From contig OY970303.1 of assembly GCA_963716255.1 (NCBI GenBank), forward strand, positions 6,912,001 through 6,976,000: a stretch of DNA of 64,000 nt, in the 5' to 3' direction. Shown here one piece after another: positions 17,948-27,816 of the stretch. The position numbers and the translations under genes were made by a program. The stretch is from an uncultured Gemmatimonadales bacterium (GTDB taxonomy: Bacteria; Gemmatimonadota; Gemmatimonadetes; Longimicrobiales; Longimicrobiaceae). How positions within the stretch are numbered: position 1 is the stretch's first letter; every line of letters starts with the position of its first letter. Below the pieces are notes generated by a model. That model did not search any database. It saw only the letters and a program-made list of their open reading frames with translations, and was not told the DNA's origin.

Positions 17948-18957
17948 AGCTCCTGGTGCTGGGCGGCACGGTGTTCCTGGGCCGCCACCTGGTGGAAGCC
18001 GCGCTGGCGCGGGGCCACGAGGTCACCCTCTTCAACCGCGGCAGGCACAATCCCGATCTCTTCCCGGAGTGCGAGAAGCTGCGCGGCGACCGCGACGGCG
18101 GCCTGGACGCGCTTCGCGGCCGGCGCTGGGACGCCGTGGTGGACACCTCCGGGCACGTGCCGCGGCTGGTGCGCGACTCGGCGGAGCTGCTGGCGGACGC
18201 CGTGGAGCACTACACCTTCGTGTCCACGCTCGCCGCGTACGCCGACTTCCCGGCCGTCCCGGGGATCGACGAGAGCCGTCCCCTCGCCGCGCCGGAGGAC
18301 CCCTTCGCCGAGGAAGTGGACTTCCGCACCCTGGGCCCGCTCAAGGCGCTCTGCGAGCGGGCCGCCGCGGCGGCCCTGCCGGGGCGGGTGCTCGCCGTGC
18401 GCGCCGGGCTGCTGGCCGGCCCGCACGACCCCACCGACCGCTTCACCTACTGGCCCCGCCGCGTCGCGCGGGGCGGGGAAGTGCTCGCGCCGGCCGGGCC
18501 GTGGCTGCGGGTGCAGCTGGTGGACGCGCGCGACCTGGCCGCGTGGATCGTCCGCATGGCCGAGGCGCGCGGCACGGGCGCCTTCAACGCCACGGGACCC
18601 GCCCGCCCGCTCACCCTGGGCGAGCTGCTGGACACGTGCAGGGCCGAGAGCGGGAGCGACGCCCGCTTCGCGTGGATGGACGAGCGCAGCCTGCTGCGGG
18701 CCGGCGTGGGGCGCAGGATGGAATTGCCGCTGTGGATGCCCGGCGCCCCCGGCGCCGCGTCGGCGGACTGCCGCCGCGCCCTTGCCGCCGGGCTCGCCTT
18801 CCGCCCGCTCGCGGACACGGTGCGCGACACCCGCGCGTGGGACGCGTCCCGGCCCGCGGACGCCAAGCGCCGCGCCGGGCTGGATCCCGCGCGCGAGGCC
18901 GAGCTGCTGGAGGCCCTGCGCGCCGCGCCCGCCGGGGCGGTGCCCGCCGGGGCCTGA
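17944..18957 (+). CDS. NAD-dependent epimerase/dehydratase-like (extended SDR) protein
   Basis: MKLLVLGGTVFLG...FNRG...WDAVVDTSG...GPLKALCE...DRFTYW. Confidence 0.85.
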   Translation: MKLLVLGGTVFLGRHLVEAALARGHEVTLFNRGRHNPDLFPECEKLRGDRDGGLDALRGRRWDAVVDTSGHVPRLVRDSAELLADAVEHYTFVSTLAAYADFPAVPGIDESRPLAAPEDPFAEEVDFRTLGPLKALCERAAAAALPGRVLAVRAGLLAGPHDPTDRFTYWPRRVARGGEVLAPAGPWLRVQLVDARDLAAWIVRMAEARGTGAFNATGPARPLTLGELLDTCRAESGSDARFAWMDERSLLRAGVGRRMELPLWMPGAPGAASADCRRALAAGLAFRPLADTVRDTRAWDASRPADAKRRAGLDPAREAELLEALRAAPAGAVPAGA

Positions 18958-19062
18958 CGCGGATGTGAGCAAGGCCGGAGAAGGCGCCGCAGCGGCGGCG
19001 GATTACGATCCGGGGGAGTGGGGAAGGGGCCGCAAGGAATACTCAGAACCAGGGAGGATCCG

Positions 19063-19608
19063 ATGCCCGAAGACAAGCTGGAAAAGAACAAGCAGATCGT
19101 GCGCCGCATGCTGGATGCGTTCAACTCGGGGGACACCGCCGCCGTGGCGGAGCTGATCAGCCCCACCGTCAACGACAAGAGCCGCAAGCTCGGCCTGGAG
19201 CCGGAGCTCCGCGCCGCCCATCCGCACAAGCGCGTGCAGACCGAGATCATGCGCGAGAAGGAGGCCTTCCCGGACCGCAAGTTCAAGATCGAGTCCATCG
19301 TGGCCGAGGGCGACATGGTCATCCTGCGCTGGTCCATGACGGGCACGCACAAGGGCAAGCTGCTGGACAAGCCGCCCACGGGGAGAAAGGTCAAGACCTA
19401 CGGCACCGAGATCGTCAAGATCGTGGACGGCAAGATCGTGGAGCACGACGACGACGCCACCCACGTGCTGGACATCCTGGGGCAGCTGGACATGCTGACG
19501 CCGGACGTCATGACCAAGCGGGAGCTCAAGGACGACCGCAAGAACGACGACGAGCCCGGCCTGGGCCGCCCGGACAAGCCCGTCGGTGGTGGGCCCAAGC
19601 CGCGCTGA
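19063..19608 (+). CDS. SnoaL-like ester/polyketide cyclase (NTF2 fold)
   Basis: NKQIVRRMLDAFN...AFPD...IVAEGDMV...GTHKG...PPTGRKV...DGKIVEH; GGGAGG RBS. Confidence 0.85.
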   Translation: MPEDKLEKNKQIVRRMLDAFNSGDTAAVAELISPTVNDKSRKLGLEPELRAAHPHKRVQTEIMREKEAFPDRKFKIESIVAEGDMVILRWSMTGTHKGKLLDKPPTGRKVKTYGTEIVKIVDGKIVEHDDDATHVLDILGQLDMLTPDVMTKRELKDDRKNDDEPGLGRPDKPVGGGPKPR

Positions 19609-19645
19609 CGTGAACGGGGACGGCGGGGTTCGAACGGACGGATTT

Positions 19646-19795
19646 GGGCGTGCCCCCGGCTGGCGCCGGGGTCGGGCTTCGGCTCCGTAGGGCTGCAAAC
19701 GACGCAGCCCAACGGAGTCGAGCCCCGGCAAACTGCCGCCGGGTCTCGCCCCTTCGGGCCGTAATCCCTCACGCGGGGCTCGCGCTGGCGTCCGC
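19646..19795 (+). ncRNA. Structured dispersed repeat copy 2
   Basis: GGGCGTGCCCCCGG...CTCCGTA-GGGCTGC-AAACGAC-GCAGCCC-AACGGAG...ATCCCTCACGC. Confidence 0.7.
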
Positions 19796-22700
19796 GGGGG
19801 TCCCCACCCGGCTCGCTTCCCCGCGTCGTACCTCTTCACCGCGGCCGCCGGCGAGGGATCGCAGGTAGGCGCCGAGAAGCACCCGGTCCGCCGGCGGGAA
19901 AACGATCCCGCCGGCGGACAGCGTCTGCAGGGTGCGCCGGCAGTCGAAGCGGGGCGTGCCCCGCACGGTGGGGATCCCGTGCTCCCGCGCGAGGAGGGGA
20001 AGCAGCGGCTCCAGCGCGTTCTCCTCGCCGCCCGCGAGGCTCGCGAGCAGCGCGGCGCGCCAGCGCTCCGCCGGCACCACGCGCAGCGGGTGCCCCAGCC
20101 GGCGCAGCTCCGCCACCAGCTCGCTCCAGGGGAGCCGCGCCGGGTTCATCAGGTGGAAGTCCCGCCCGGGCGGGTCCGGCAGGCGCGACAGGTGGACCAC
20201 GGCCCGGGCCACGGAGTCCACCGGGGCCATGTCCAGGAGCACGTCCAGGTCGGGCGCGCTCCCCAGCTGGACACAGCCGCGGACCAGCCGCGACAGGAGG
20301 TCGCCGGGGTTCCCCCGCCCGGAGCGGCTGTCGCCCGTGATGCGGGCCGGGCGGTGGATGCACGCCGGGAGCCCGCGCGAGCGCGCCTCCGCCACCAGCA
20401 GCTCGGCCACCCGCTTGCTCCGCGCGTAGCCGTCCTCCAGCGCGGCGGGGCCGCCGGGCTCGTCCTCCTCCCCCACCCGGTCCGCCGCCGAGCCGCCCCG
20501 CGCCAGGAAGACGGACAGGGTGGAGACGAAGTGCACCGGCTTGCGCTTCGTCGTGCTCGCCAGCCGCAGCACCTCCACGGTCCCCCCCACGTTCGCCGCC
20601 CGCAGCAGCGGGTACGGGTACACGAAGTTGACCAGGCCGCCCGCGTGGTACACGGCGTCCACCGTGGCCGCCAGCCGCGCGAAGTCGTCGTCCGCGAGCC
20701 CCAGCCGCGGCGCGGCCAGGTCGCCGGGGAGCGCCAAGACGCGGCCCGCGTACCGCTCCCGCCACAGGCCGTGGGCTCCGAGGCCGTCGCGGATGCGCCG
20801 GAGGCCACGCGCCGCGTCCGGGGCGCGCACCAGGCAGTGGACGTCCGCCCCGGTCCGCTCCAGCAGCTCGTGCAGGAGGAAGGCGCCCAGGAAGCCGCTC
20901 GCACCGGTGAGGAGGAGCGCCGCGGGTTCGGCCGCGTCCGCCGGGACCGCCAGGTCCGGGCGGATCGCCGGGTCCAGCGCGGCCTCCGCGCTCCAGTCGA
21001 TCCCTCCGCGTCCGCGCGGCCGGCCGGGGCCGGGCGCGCGCCCCGCCTCCACCAGCCGCGCCAGGGCGCGCACCGTGGGCGCCTCCAGGAAGCGCTCCGC
21101 CGGCGGCTCCACCCCGAACGCCTCCCCCACCCGGCGGAGGAGCCGGGCCACGAGCAGCGAGTGGCCGCCCAGGTCGAAGAAGCCGTCCGCCCTCCCCACC
21201 CGCTCCCGCCCCAGCACCCCGGCCCAGATCCCCGCCAGCCGCTCCTCCACCGCGCCGCGGGGAGCCGCGAACCCGGCGCCCTCCCCCGTCCCGTCCGCGC
21301 CGGGGGCGGGGAGGGCGCGCCGGTCCGTCTTGCCGTTGGGGGTCCGCGGCAGGTCGGCGAGGACCACGAAGTCCCGCGGGACCATGGGCTCCGGCAGCAG
21401 CCCGCGAAGGAAGGCGCGCAGCCCGGCGGGCGCGCACTCCGCCCCCGGGCGCGGCACCACGTAGGCCACCAGGCGCACGCCGGAGGCGGCGTCCTCGCGG
21501 GCCACGACCACCCCCTCGCGCACCGCCGGGTGCCGGCCCAGCACCGCCTCCACCTCGCCCGGCTCCACGCGGACGCCTCGCACCTTCACCTGCTCGTCCA
21601 CGCGCCCCACGAACTCCAGCTCGCCGTCCGGCCGCAGGCGCACCCGGTCGCCCGTCCGGTAGAGCCGCGCGCCCCCCGCGAAGGGGTCGGGGACGAAGCG
21701 CTCCGCCGTCGGGCCGGGGCGCAGGAGGTATCCCCGCGCCACCCCCACCCCGCCCACGTACAGCTCGCCCGGCGCGCCGTCCGGCACCGGCTCCATCTCG
21801 CCGTCCAGCAGGTGGACGCGCACCCCGGCGATGGGGCGCCCGATGGGCGGCGGCGAGCCGTCCGCAGCGCACACGAACATGGTGTTGCAGATGCTCGCCT
21901 CGGTGGGGCCGTAGGTGTTGACGAAGCGGCGGCCCGGCGCCCAGCGGGCCACCGTCTCCGCCGGGCAGGCCTCCCCGCCCACCACGATGCACGCCAGGGC
22001 GGGGAGCTTCGCGTCCGGCAGCGCCGCCAGCGCCGAGGGCGGCATCATCACCGTGGTGACCGCCTCCTCCCGCAGCAGCCGCACCAGTCCCGGTCCGGGG
22101 AGCAGCTCCGCCGGGGTTCCCAGGCAGAGCCGGGCCCCCGACGTCAGCGCCGTGAAGATCTCGGCCGCCGCCACGTCGAAGCCCAGGGCGACGAACTGGA
22201 GGACCCGGCTCTCCGGCCCCACCCCGTAGGCGCGGACCTTGGCCGCGACCACGTTGCACAGGCCGCGGTGCGGCACCATCACGCCCTTGGGGGTGCCCGT
22301 GGAGCCCGAGGTGTAGACGACGTACGCCAGGTTGTCGGGCGCCGCGCCGCCGTCCACCCGCTCCGCGCTCTCCCCCTCGATCGCCGCCCGGTCGCGGTCC
22401 AGGCACACCGCGCGCGCGCCGCCGGAGGCAGGCGCCGCGTCCGGGCGCCCGCCGGTCACCAGCACCGCCGCCCCCGCGTCCTCCAGGATCAGGGCGAGCC
22501 GCCCGGCCGGGTACGCCGGGTCCAGGGGAACGTAGGCGCCGCCCGCCTTGAGCACGCCCAGCAGCGCCGCCACCATCTCCGGCGACCGCTCCACGCACAC
22601 CCCCACCCGCGTCTCCGGCCCCACCCCCAGCCGGCGCAGGCGGCGCGCCAGCCGGTTGGCCCGCGCGTCCAGCTCGCGGTACGACGTCCGCCCGCCGCGA

Positions 22701-22801
22701 AAGGTGAGCGCGACCGCGCCGGGCGTGCGCTCCGCCCGCGCCTCGAAGAGCCGGTGGATGCAGGAGTCCGGGGGGAGGCCGGCGGCGCCGCCGCCGCTCA
22801 T
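19769..22801 (-). CDS. Stand-alone NRPS-like A-PCP-R (thioester reductase) protein
   Basis: [49 protein letters not shown] 22801 overlaps upstream stop. Confidence 0.9.
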   Translation of the reverse strand: MSGGGAAGLPPDSCIHRLFEARAERTPGAVALTFRGGRTSYRELDARANRLARRLRRLGVGPETRVGVCVERSPEMVAALLGVLKAGGAYVPLDPAYPAGRLALILEDAGAAVLVTGGRPDAAPASGGARAVCLDRDRAAIEGESAERVDGGAAPDNLAYVVYTSGSTGTPKGVMVPHRGLCNVVAAKVRAYGVGPESRVLQFVALGFDVAAAEIFTALTSGARLCLGTPAELLPGPGLVRLLREEAVTTVMMPPSALAALPDAKLPALACIVVGGEACPAETVARWAPGRRFVNTYGPTEASICNTMFVCAADGSPPPIGRPIAGVRVHLLDGEMEPVPDGAPGELYVGGVGVARGYLLRPGPTAERFVPDPFAGGARLYRTGDRVRLRPDGELEFVGRVDEQVKVRGVRVEPGEVEAVLGRHPAVREGVVVAREDAASGVRLVAYVVPRPGAECAPAGLRAFLRGLLPEPMVPRDFVVLADLPRTPNGKTDRRALPAPGADGTGEGAGFAAPRGAVEERLAGIWAGVLGRERVGRADGFFDLGGHSLLVARLLRRVGEAFGVEPPAERFLEAPTVRALARLVEAGRAPGPGRPRGRGGIDWSAEAALDPAIRPDLAVPADAAEPAALLLTGASGFLGAFLLHELLERTGADVHCLVRAPDAARGLRRIRDGLGAHGLWRERYAGRVLALPGDLAAPRLGLADDDFARLAATVDAVYHAGGLVNFVYPYPLLRAANVGGTVEVLRLASTTKRKPVHFVSTLSVFLARGGSAADRVGEEDEPGGPAALEDGYARSKRVAELLVAEARSRGLPACIHRPARITGDSRSGRGNPGDLLSRLVRGCVQLGSAPDLDVLLDMAPVDSVARAVVHLSRLPDPPGRDFHLMNPARLPWSELVAELRRLGHPLRVVPAERWRAALLASLAGGEENALEPLLPLLAREHGIPTVRGTPRFDCRRTLQTLSAGGIVFPPADRVLLGAYLRSLAGGRGEEVRRGEASRVGTPADASASPA

Positions 22802-23481
22802 GCGGGGGGATACTCCAGGCCGTGCGCGAGCGCCGCCTCGCGCACCGCGGGCTCCAGGCGGGGTGGGACCGCGTCCCCGAAGCGCTCCAGGTACGCCCTG
22901 AGCGTGGCCGGGTCCCGGGTCAGGAACTTGGCGTCCGTGCGCACCATGTGGCGGATGACCAGGAGCGGCACCGGGCTGCGGAGGGGCCGGAAGGCCTCGT
23001 TCCACAGCGCCGGCTCCCCGCAGCCCGCGTGGAACTGGCCGATCATCAGCCCCTCCGCCACGAAGGCCGGCTTCAGGGCGGCCTGCACGGCGTCCACGAC
23101 CGCGGGGGCCCGGCCCTCGGGCAGGTCGGGGAAGAGGATGAGGATCGCCTTGTACTGCGCCTCCCGCTCCGCCGTCGGCTCCAGATGGAGGAACCAGTCC
23201 CGGTACCTCGCGGCCGCGGCGGCGACCCGCTCCGGCGTGGGGTCCGCGCCCGGCTGGATCGCCAGCCAGAAGAGCGCCCGCTCCATCGACGGCTCCGTGT
23301 ACGGGCACACCGGGCCCTCCCGCCCCAGCAGGGGGTGGGGCCGGCAGAGGTAGGCGCGCGCCCAGTCCACGACCTCCTGCGCGCATGCCCGGTAGGCGCG
23401 CAGGGGGTCGGGGAGCGCGCCGCGCGCGACGTCGTCCGGATCGAGCAGGTGGAGCGCGGGATCTGTCGGCGAGACACGCAT
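22798..23481 (-). CDS. DUF6875-like hypothetical protein
   Basis: [13 protein letters not shown] and GLMIGQFH...[20 protein letters not shown] motifs, recalled from that family; not searched. Confidence 0.6.
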   Translation of the reverse strand: MRVSPTDPALHLLDPDDVARGALPDPLRAYRACAQEVVDWARAYLCRPHPLLGREGPVCPYTEPSMERALFWLAIQPGADPTPERVAAAAARYRDWFLHLEPTAEREAQYKAILILFPDLPEGRAPAVVDAVQAALKPAFVAEGLMIGQFHAGCGEPALWNEAFRPLRSPVPLLVIRHMVRTDAKFLTRDPATLRAYLERFGDAVPPRLEPAVREAALAHGLEYPPA

Positions 23482-23737
23482 GCTCAGCTCCGTCTCGCTG
23501 CGGCGTCACGGAACGGCGGGGCCGACCCGGACGTTAGCTCCCCGGCCGCGCCCGGCCTTCTCCCCGGTTGCTCACCTCCGCGCGCCCCGGCCCGCCGCGC
23601 AACCCCGGAGAAGACGGCGGGCGCGCGAGGCCGCATCCTGCGCCGTGGACCGGCAGGCGCGGCGGCCCGGACCCTGCGGTCGTTCGTGGACGGGGCCCGG
23701 CTCGGTGGTCCCCACCCTCCAGCCAAAGGACGGAGCG

Positions 23738-24160
23738 ATGATCAAGGGCATGCACGTGACGGTCTACACGCGCCACGCGGACGAGCTCAAGGAGTTCCTG
23801 CGGGACAAGCTGGAGCTGCCGTTCACCGACGTGGGCCACGGGTGGCTCATCTTCGACGTCGCCGCGGGCGAGGTCGCGGCCCACCCCGTGGACTGGGACG
23901 GAGAGGGCGAAGGGGGAGGCGAGGAAGGCGGGGGAGCGGAGGGCGACGACCGGGAGCCGCCCGCCCCCGGCGAGGCGCAGCTCTCCTTTTACTGCGACGA
24001 CATCGAAGCGGAGATGCGCCGGCTCCGGGACAAGGGGGTGGAGTTCACCACCGGCGTGGAAGACCAGGGGTGGGGGCTGCTCGCCACCATCCGCGTGACT
24101 CCGGACGTGCAGGTGGACCTGTACCAGCCGCGGTACGAGAGGGATCCGTCGCACGGGTGA
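23738..24160 (+). CDS. VOC/glyoxalase-like protein
   Basis: MIKGMH...FLRDKLEL...LSFYCDDIE...KGVEF...DQGWG...LYQPRY. Confidence 0.85.
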   Translation: MIKGMHVTVYTRHADELKEFLRDKLELPFTDVGHGWLIFDVAAGEVAAHPVDWDGEGEGGGEEGGGAEGDDREPPAPGEAQLSFYCDDIEAEMRRLRDKGVEFTTGVEDQGWGLLATIRVTPDVQVDLYQPRYERDPSHG

Positions 24161-24186
24161 GGGCGGGTTTCTGAACTGCGGGATCT

Positions 24187-24340
24187 GGGCGTGCCCCCGG
24201 CTGGCGCCGGGGTCGGGCTTCGGCTCCGTAGGGCTGCAAACAACGCAGCCCAACGGAGTCGAGCCCCGGCGGAAACAGCCCCGCCGGGTCTCGCCCCTTC
24301 GGGCCGAAATCCCTCACGCGGGGCCCGCGCTGGCGTCCGC
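24187..24340 (+). ncRNA. Structured dispersed repeat copy 3
   Basis: Same termini; central stem GGGCTGC-AAACAAC-GCAGCCC. Confidence 0.7.
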
Positions 24341-24342
24341 GG

Positions 24343-24456
24343 GGGCCCCCTCCCCCGCAAGCGGGAGAGGGGACAACCGCACAGCGTCCAGCCGTTGCCC
24401 CCTCTCCCAGAATTGGGAGAGGGTGGCGAGCCTCAAGCGAGCCGGGTGAGGGCCGT
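24343..24456 (+). repeat. REP-like palindromic element
   Basis: CCCCCTCCCCCGCAAGCGGGAGAGGGG ... CCCCCTCTCCCAGAATTGGGAGAGGG ... CCGGGTGAGGGCC. Confidence 0.75.
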
Positions 24457-24494
24457 CTGGGCCGCCGGGTGGGGGCCCTGCGCCCCCGCCGGGA

Positions 24495-24911
24495 TCACTT
24501 CCCCGCGTCGTACTTCTTCACCACGGTCTTGGGCGCCGTCCGCCGCCAGGCTTCCAGCAGCAGCTCGCGCATCAGTTTGGCGTCCGCCTCCGCGAGGCGC
24601 GCGTGCACCCAGCCGTAGCGGCCCACGAAGTCGGCGATGGAAAAGGTGTCGGGGTCCGAGGAGATGAGCAGCCCCTGCTCCTCCAGCGACGCCTTCACCG
24701 TCGCCGCGCTGCCGTCCGGCGCCAGGGTGAAGAAGATCTTGTCCCGCACCCGGAAGGTCGGGTGTCCCCACGTCTCCCGCTCGTCCACGCCTGGGAGCGA
24801 CAGCGCCAGCTCCCGCAGCTCCTCCGCGAGCTTCGCCGCCGCGTCCCCGCCCGTGCCTGTCTCCGATCTCACCGTCTCGCTCCCTGTCTGGCGGTGGGTC
24901 CGCGGCGGCAT
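24495..24911 (-). CDS. MmcQ/YjbR family protein
   Basis: ALSLPGVDERETWGHPTFRVRDKIF...VGRYGWV...ELLLEAWRRTAPK; start approximate. Confidence 0.85.
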   Translation of the reverse strand: MPPRTHRQTGSETVRSETGTGGDAAAKLAEELRELALSLPGVDERETWGHPTFRVRDKIFFTLAPDGSAATVKASLEEQGLLISSDPDTFSIADFVGRYGWVHARLAEADAKLMRELLLEAWRRTAPKTVVKKYDAGK

Positions 24912-25093
24912 CCTGCCGCCCCGCTTCGCGGGATGATAGCACGCGTGCGGCGCGCCGGCATCTCCCGGGTTGCTCGGCGGAGCAATCCCGGAGAAGACGC
25001 CCGGCTGGCGCGCCTCCATCGTGCGGCAGCGGTGGAGATGCGCCGTCGGGCCGCGGCGGCCCCGTCTGTTCGGCACACGCGAAAGGAGACCCT

Positions 25094-26128
25094 ATGGCAA
25101 GGGAAGACATCCGCACGGTGCAGGTGGGGGTGGACTCCGGTCTCGCCGCCGAAGATTGCCAGCCCGCCACCGCCTGTCCCCCCGCGGCGTCCGGGAGCGT
25201 GATCCTGTCGGGGATCGAGCATCCGGGCCACCGCGTCCCCGACGAAGTCGCCACCGCGGTCCGCCAGCTCCACAGGATGGAGATCGCGGCGCGGTCCCGG
25301 CAGGACGAGATCGCCCGGCTGGCCCGCCCCGGCACCGAGGAGCGCAGGATCGCAGCCGGGGTCCGTGAGGCGGTCGCCAGGGCCGCCGGCGTGGACCCCG
25401 GCACGCTTCAGCGGCTCCGCGACCTCAAGCTGGCGAGGTCAGTGCGCGTGCAGGAAGCCATCGACCGTCCGGCTGCCCTTCCGCTGCTGTGGCCCCCGTG
25501 GGAGAGGGAGCCCGCCCTTCCCGCGCCGGGCGACCCCTCCTTCTGGTGGGCCCGGACGGACTCGTGGCTGACGTCGTCCTTCAGCGCCGCCTGGAGGGAT
25601 GACGGGCTGCACTTCTTCAGAGGGGTCACCACGCACGACGGCGACCTGCACAAGGACACCTTCGGGGCCGTGGCGCTTTTCGCGCTGGGGTCGGACCGGA
25701 TCCCCTCATCGTCCACCAACCGGTGGCGCTCGACCCCGCACGTCGAGCTGTTCGGCGGCATCCACGGCTACACCGGCGACTCCGACCTCTTCACCGGCGA
25801 CCTGTGGTCCAAGTGCTGGATGCACCGCGACCAGCAGCTCTACCAGTTCGGCTTCGGCCCGGACGGCCCCGTGCCCATCGTGCTGGGCCAGGCGCACGAG
25901 AGCGAGACCCTGGTCTTCGAGGAGGACGGGGATCGGTCCGTGCACGTGGGGATGCGGGGTTTCCAGTGGATGCCCCCCATCACCTTCGGCGGCCTCAACC
26001 CGGCGAGCACCCTCTGGGCCCGCCTGGAGGTCCGCTTCGACATCCAGACCGAGGGCGCCGGCACCCTCCTGTGGCTGGACCCGGAGGTCCTGCTGCGCAC
26101 CTTCCAGTGGCCCCTCACCCCCCTGTGA
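25094..26128 (+). CDS. Hypothetical protein (helical N-terminus, Trp/Phe-rich beta C-terminal domain)
   Basis: AAAGGAG RBS; open 344-aa frame; GTGA overlap with next gene. Confidence 0.7.
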   Translation: MAREDIRTVQVGVDSGLAAEDCQPATACPPAASGSVILSGIEHPGHRVPDEVATAVRQLHRMEIAARSRQDEIARLARPGTEERRIAAGVREAVARAAGVDPGTLQRLRDLKLARSVRVQEAIDRPAALPLLWPPWEREPALPAPGDPSFWWARTDSWLTSSFSAAWRDDGLHFFRGVTTHDGDLHKDTFGAVALFALGSDRIPSSSTNRWRSTPHVELFGGIHGYTGDSDLFTGDLWSKCWMHRDQQLYQFGFGPDGPVPIVLGQAHESETLVFEEDGDRSVHVGMRGFQWMPPITFGGLNPASTLWARLEVRFDIQTEGAGTLLWLDPEVLLRTFQWPLTPL

Positions 26129-27171
26129 GTGCTCCCGCCGCCGCCCCGCCGGGCAACCCACCGCCCGCCCACGCACCGGCCGCCAGGAAGGTGCTGATGC
26201 AGCTGCTGGTGGGGAACCAGCTCCAGCAGGCCGTGCACGTGGCCGCCCGGCTCGGCATCGCCGACCTGCTCGCAGGCGGCCCCCGCACCGCGGAGGAGCT
26301 GGCGCGGGAAGCCGGCGCCCACCCCGGGGCGCTGCGCCGGCTGCTGCGCGCCCTCGCCGCGTTCGGCGTGTTCGCCGAGGGCGCGGGCGGGCGCTGGGAG
26401 CTGACCCCGGCGGCCGGGCTGCTGCGGGCGGGCGAGCCCGGCTCCATGCGCGCCTTCGCGCTCTGGTCCGGCGGCGTCAGCTACCGCGTGTTCGGCGCGC
26501 TGGAGCACAGCGTCCGCACCGGCGAGCCCGCCTTCGACCGGCTCTTCGGCGCCGAGTTCTTCGAGTACCTCGCCGCCCACCCCGAGGACGGCGCCGTGTT
26601 CGACGAGATGATGTCGTGGAACACCGCGCCGCTCGCCCCCCTCGTCGCCGCCCGCGGCTTCGCCGGCACCGAGACCGTGGTGGACGTCGGCGGGGGGCGC
26701 GGCGAGCTGGTCGCGGGGCTGCTCCGGGCCCACCCCGGCATGCGGGGCGTGCTCTTCGACCACCCGCGCGTGGGCCCGCGGGCGGCGGAATGGCTGGAGG
26801 CCGCCGGCGTCGCCGACCGCTGCCGCCTCGTCTCTGGCGACATGCTGGAGTCCGTACCCCCCGGGGGCGACGCGTACCTCCTCAAGAGCGTGCTGCACGG
26901 GCTGGACGACGAGGCCGCCGCCCGCGTCCTGCACAGCTGCCGCCGGGCGATGCACGGCGGCGGCCGGCTCCTCCTGGTGGAGTTCGTCCTCCCGCCCGGG
27001 AACGACCCGTTCCCCGGAAAGCTCATGGACCTGCTCATGCTCGTGGGGGGGCGCGGCCGCGAGCGCACCGAGGAGGAGTTCCGCACGCTGCTCGCCGGAG
27101 CCGGCTTCCTCCTGGCGGACGTCGCCCCCACCCCGTATGGTCTCAGCGTGATCGAGGCGCGGCCCGCGTAG
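26125..27171 (+). CDS. SAM-dependent O-methyltransferase (family 2, dimerisation domain)
   Basis: AARLGIADLL, VVDVGGGRG, GDMLESVPPGGDAYLLKSVLH, DLLMLV...GRERTEEEF. Confidence 0.9.
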   Translation: MSAPAAAPPGNPPPAHAPAARKVLMQLLVGNQLQQAVHVAARLGIADLLAGGPRTAEELAREAGAHPGALRRLLRALAAFGVFAEGAGGRWELTPAAGLLRAGEPGSMRAFALWSGGVSYRVFGALEHSVRTGEPAFDRLFGAEFFEYLAAHPEDGAVFDEMMSWNTAPLAPLVAARGFAGTETVVDVGGGRGELVAGLLRAHPGMRGVLFDHPRVGPRAAEWLEAAGVADRCRLVSGDMLESVPPGGDAYLLKSVLHGLDDEAAARVLHSCRRAMHGGGRLLLVEFVLPPGNDPFPGKLMDLLMLVGGRGRERTEEEFRTLLAGAGFLLADVAPTPYGLSVIEARPA

Positions 27172-27224
27172 CGCCGCGCCTCCCCGGCGCGCCGCCGCGC
27201 AGGCCCTCTCCCCCCCGGTGCCTC

Positions 27225-27614
27225 GTGTCCGTCCCCAGGCTCTTCCGCGTCATCCTCCCCGTCCCCGACATCGACCGGGCGGCCGAAGTCTACGGCCTCC
27301 TCCTGGGCCATCCCGGCGAGCGGGTGCACGACAGCCGCCACTACTTCGACTGTGGCGGGACCCTCCTGGCCTGCCTCGATCCGCGGCGGGAAGGGTGGGA
27401 ACGCGACGCCGTCCCCAACCCCGAGCTCCTGTACTTCGCGGTGGACGACCTGGAGGCCGCGTACGCCCGCGCCCTCGCGGCGGGGTGCCGCTGCCGCGAA
27501 GAGGGAATCGCCACGCGGGCGTGGGGGGAGCGCTCCTTCTACGCGCACGACCCCTTCGGCAACCCCGTGTGCTTCGTGGACGGGTCCACCGTCTTTACCG
27601 GCCGCGAGGAATGA
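27225..27614 (+). CDS. VOC/glyoxalase-like protein
   Basis: ILPVPDIDRAAEVY...YFAVDDLEA...WGERSFYAHDPFGNPVCFVD. Confidence 0.85.
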   Translation: MSVPRLFRVILPVPDIDRAAEVYGLLLGHPGERVHDSRHYFDCGGTLLACLDPRREGWERDAVPNPELLYFAVDDLEAAYARALAAGCRCREEGIATRAWGERSFYAHDPFGNPVCFVDGSTVFTGREE

Positions 27615-27636
27615 GAGGAGGGTAACCGGCGGGTTC

Positions 27637-27788
27637 GGGCGTGCCCCCGGCTGGCGCCGGGGTCGGGCTTCGGCTCCGTAACGCACGAAACAACCGTGCG
27701 TAACGGAGTCGAGCCCCCGCGAAACAGCCCGCGGGGTCTCGCCCCTTCGGGCCGAAATCCCTCACGCGGGCATCGCGCTGGCGTCCGC
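27637..27788 (+). ncRNA. Structured dispersed repeat copy 4
   Basis: Same termini; central stem ACGCACG-AAACAAC-CGTGCGT. Confidence 0.7.
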
Positions 27789-27816
27789 GGGAGGGGGGGT
27801 CCGGGTCTTTCCGGCC

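Noticed and set aside
19769..23509. 1246-aa version of the A-T-R ORF starting at 23509
   Set aside because: The extra N-terminal part overlaps the DUF6875-like gene in another frame; an ATGA-coupled start at 22801 is more plausible.
23890..23975. Gly/Glu-rich purine tract in VOC gene (DGEGEGGGEEGGGAEGDD)
   Set aside because: A low-complexity linker between the two VOC half-domains, with no repeat structure or match elsewhere in the window.
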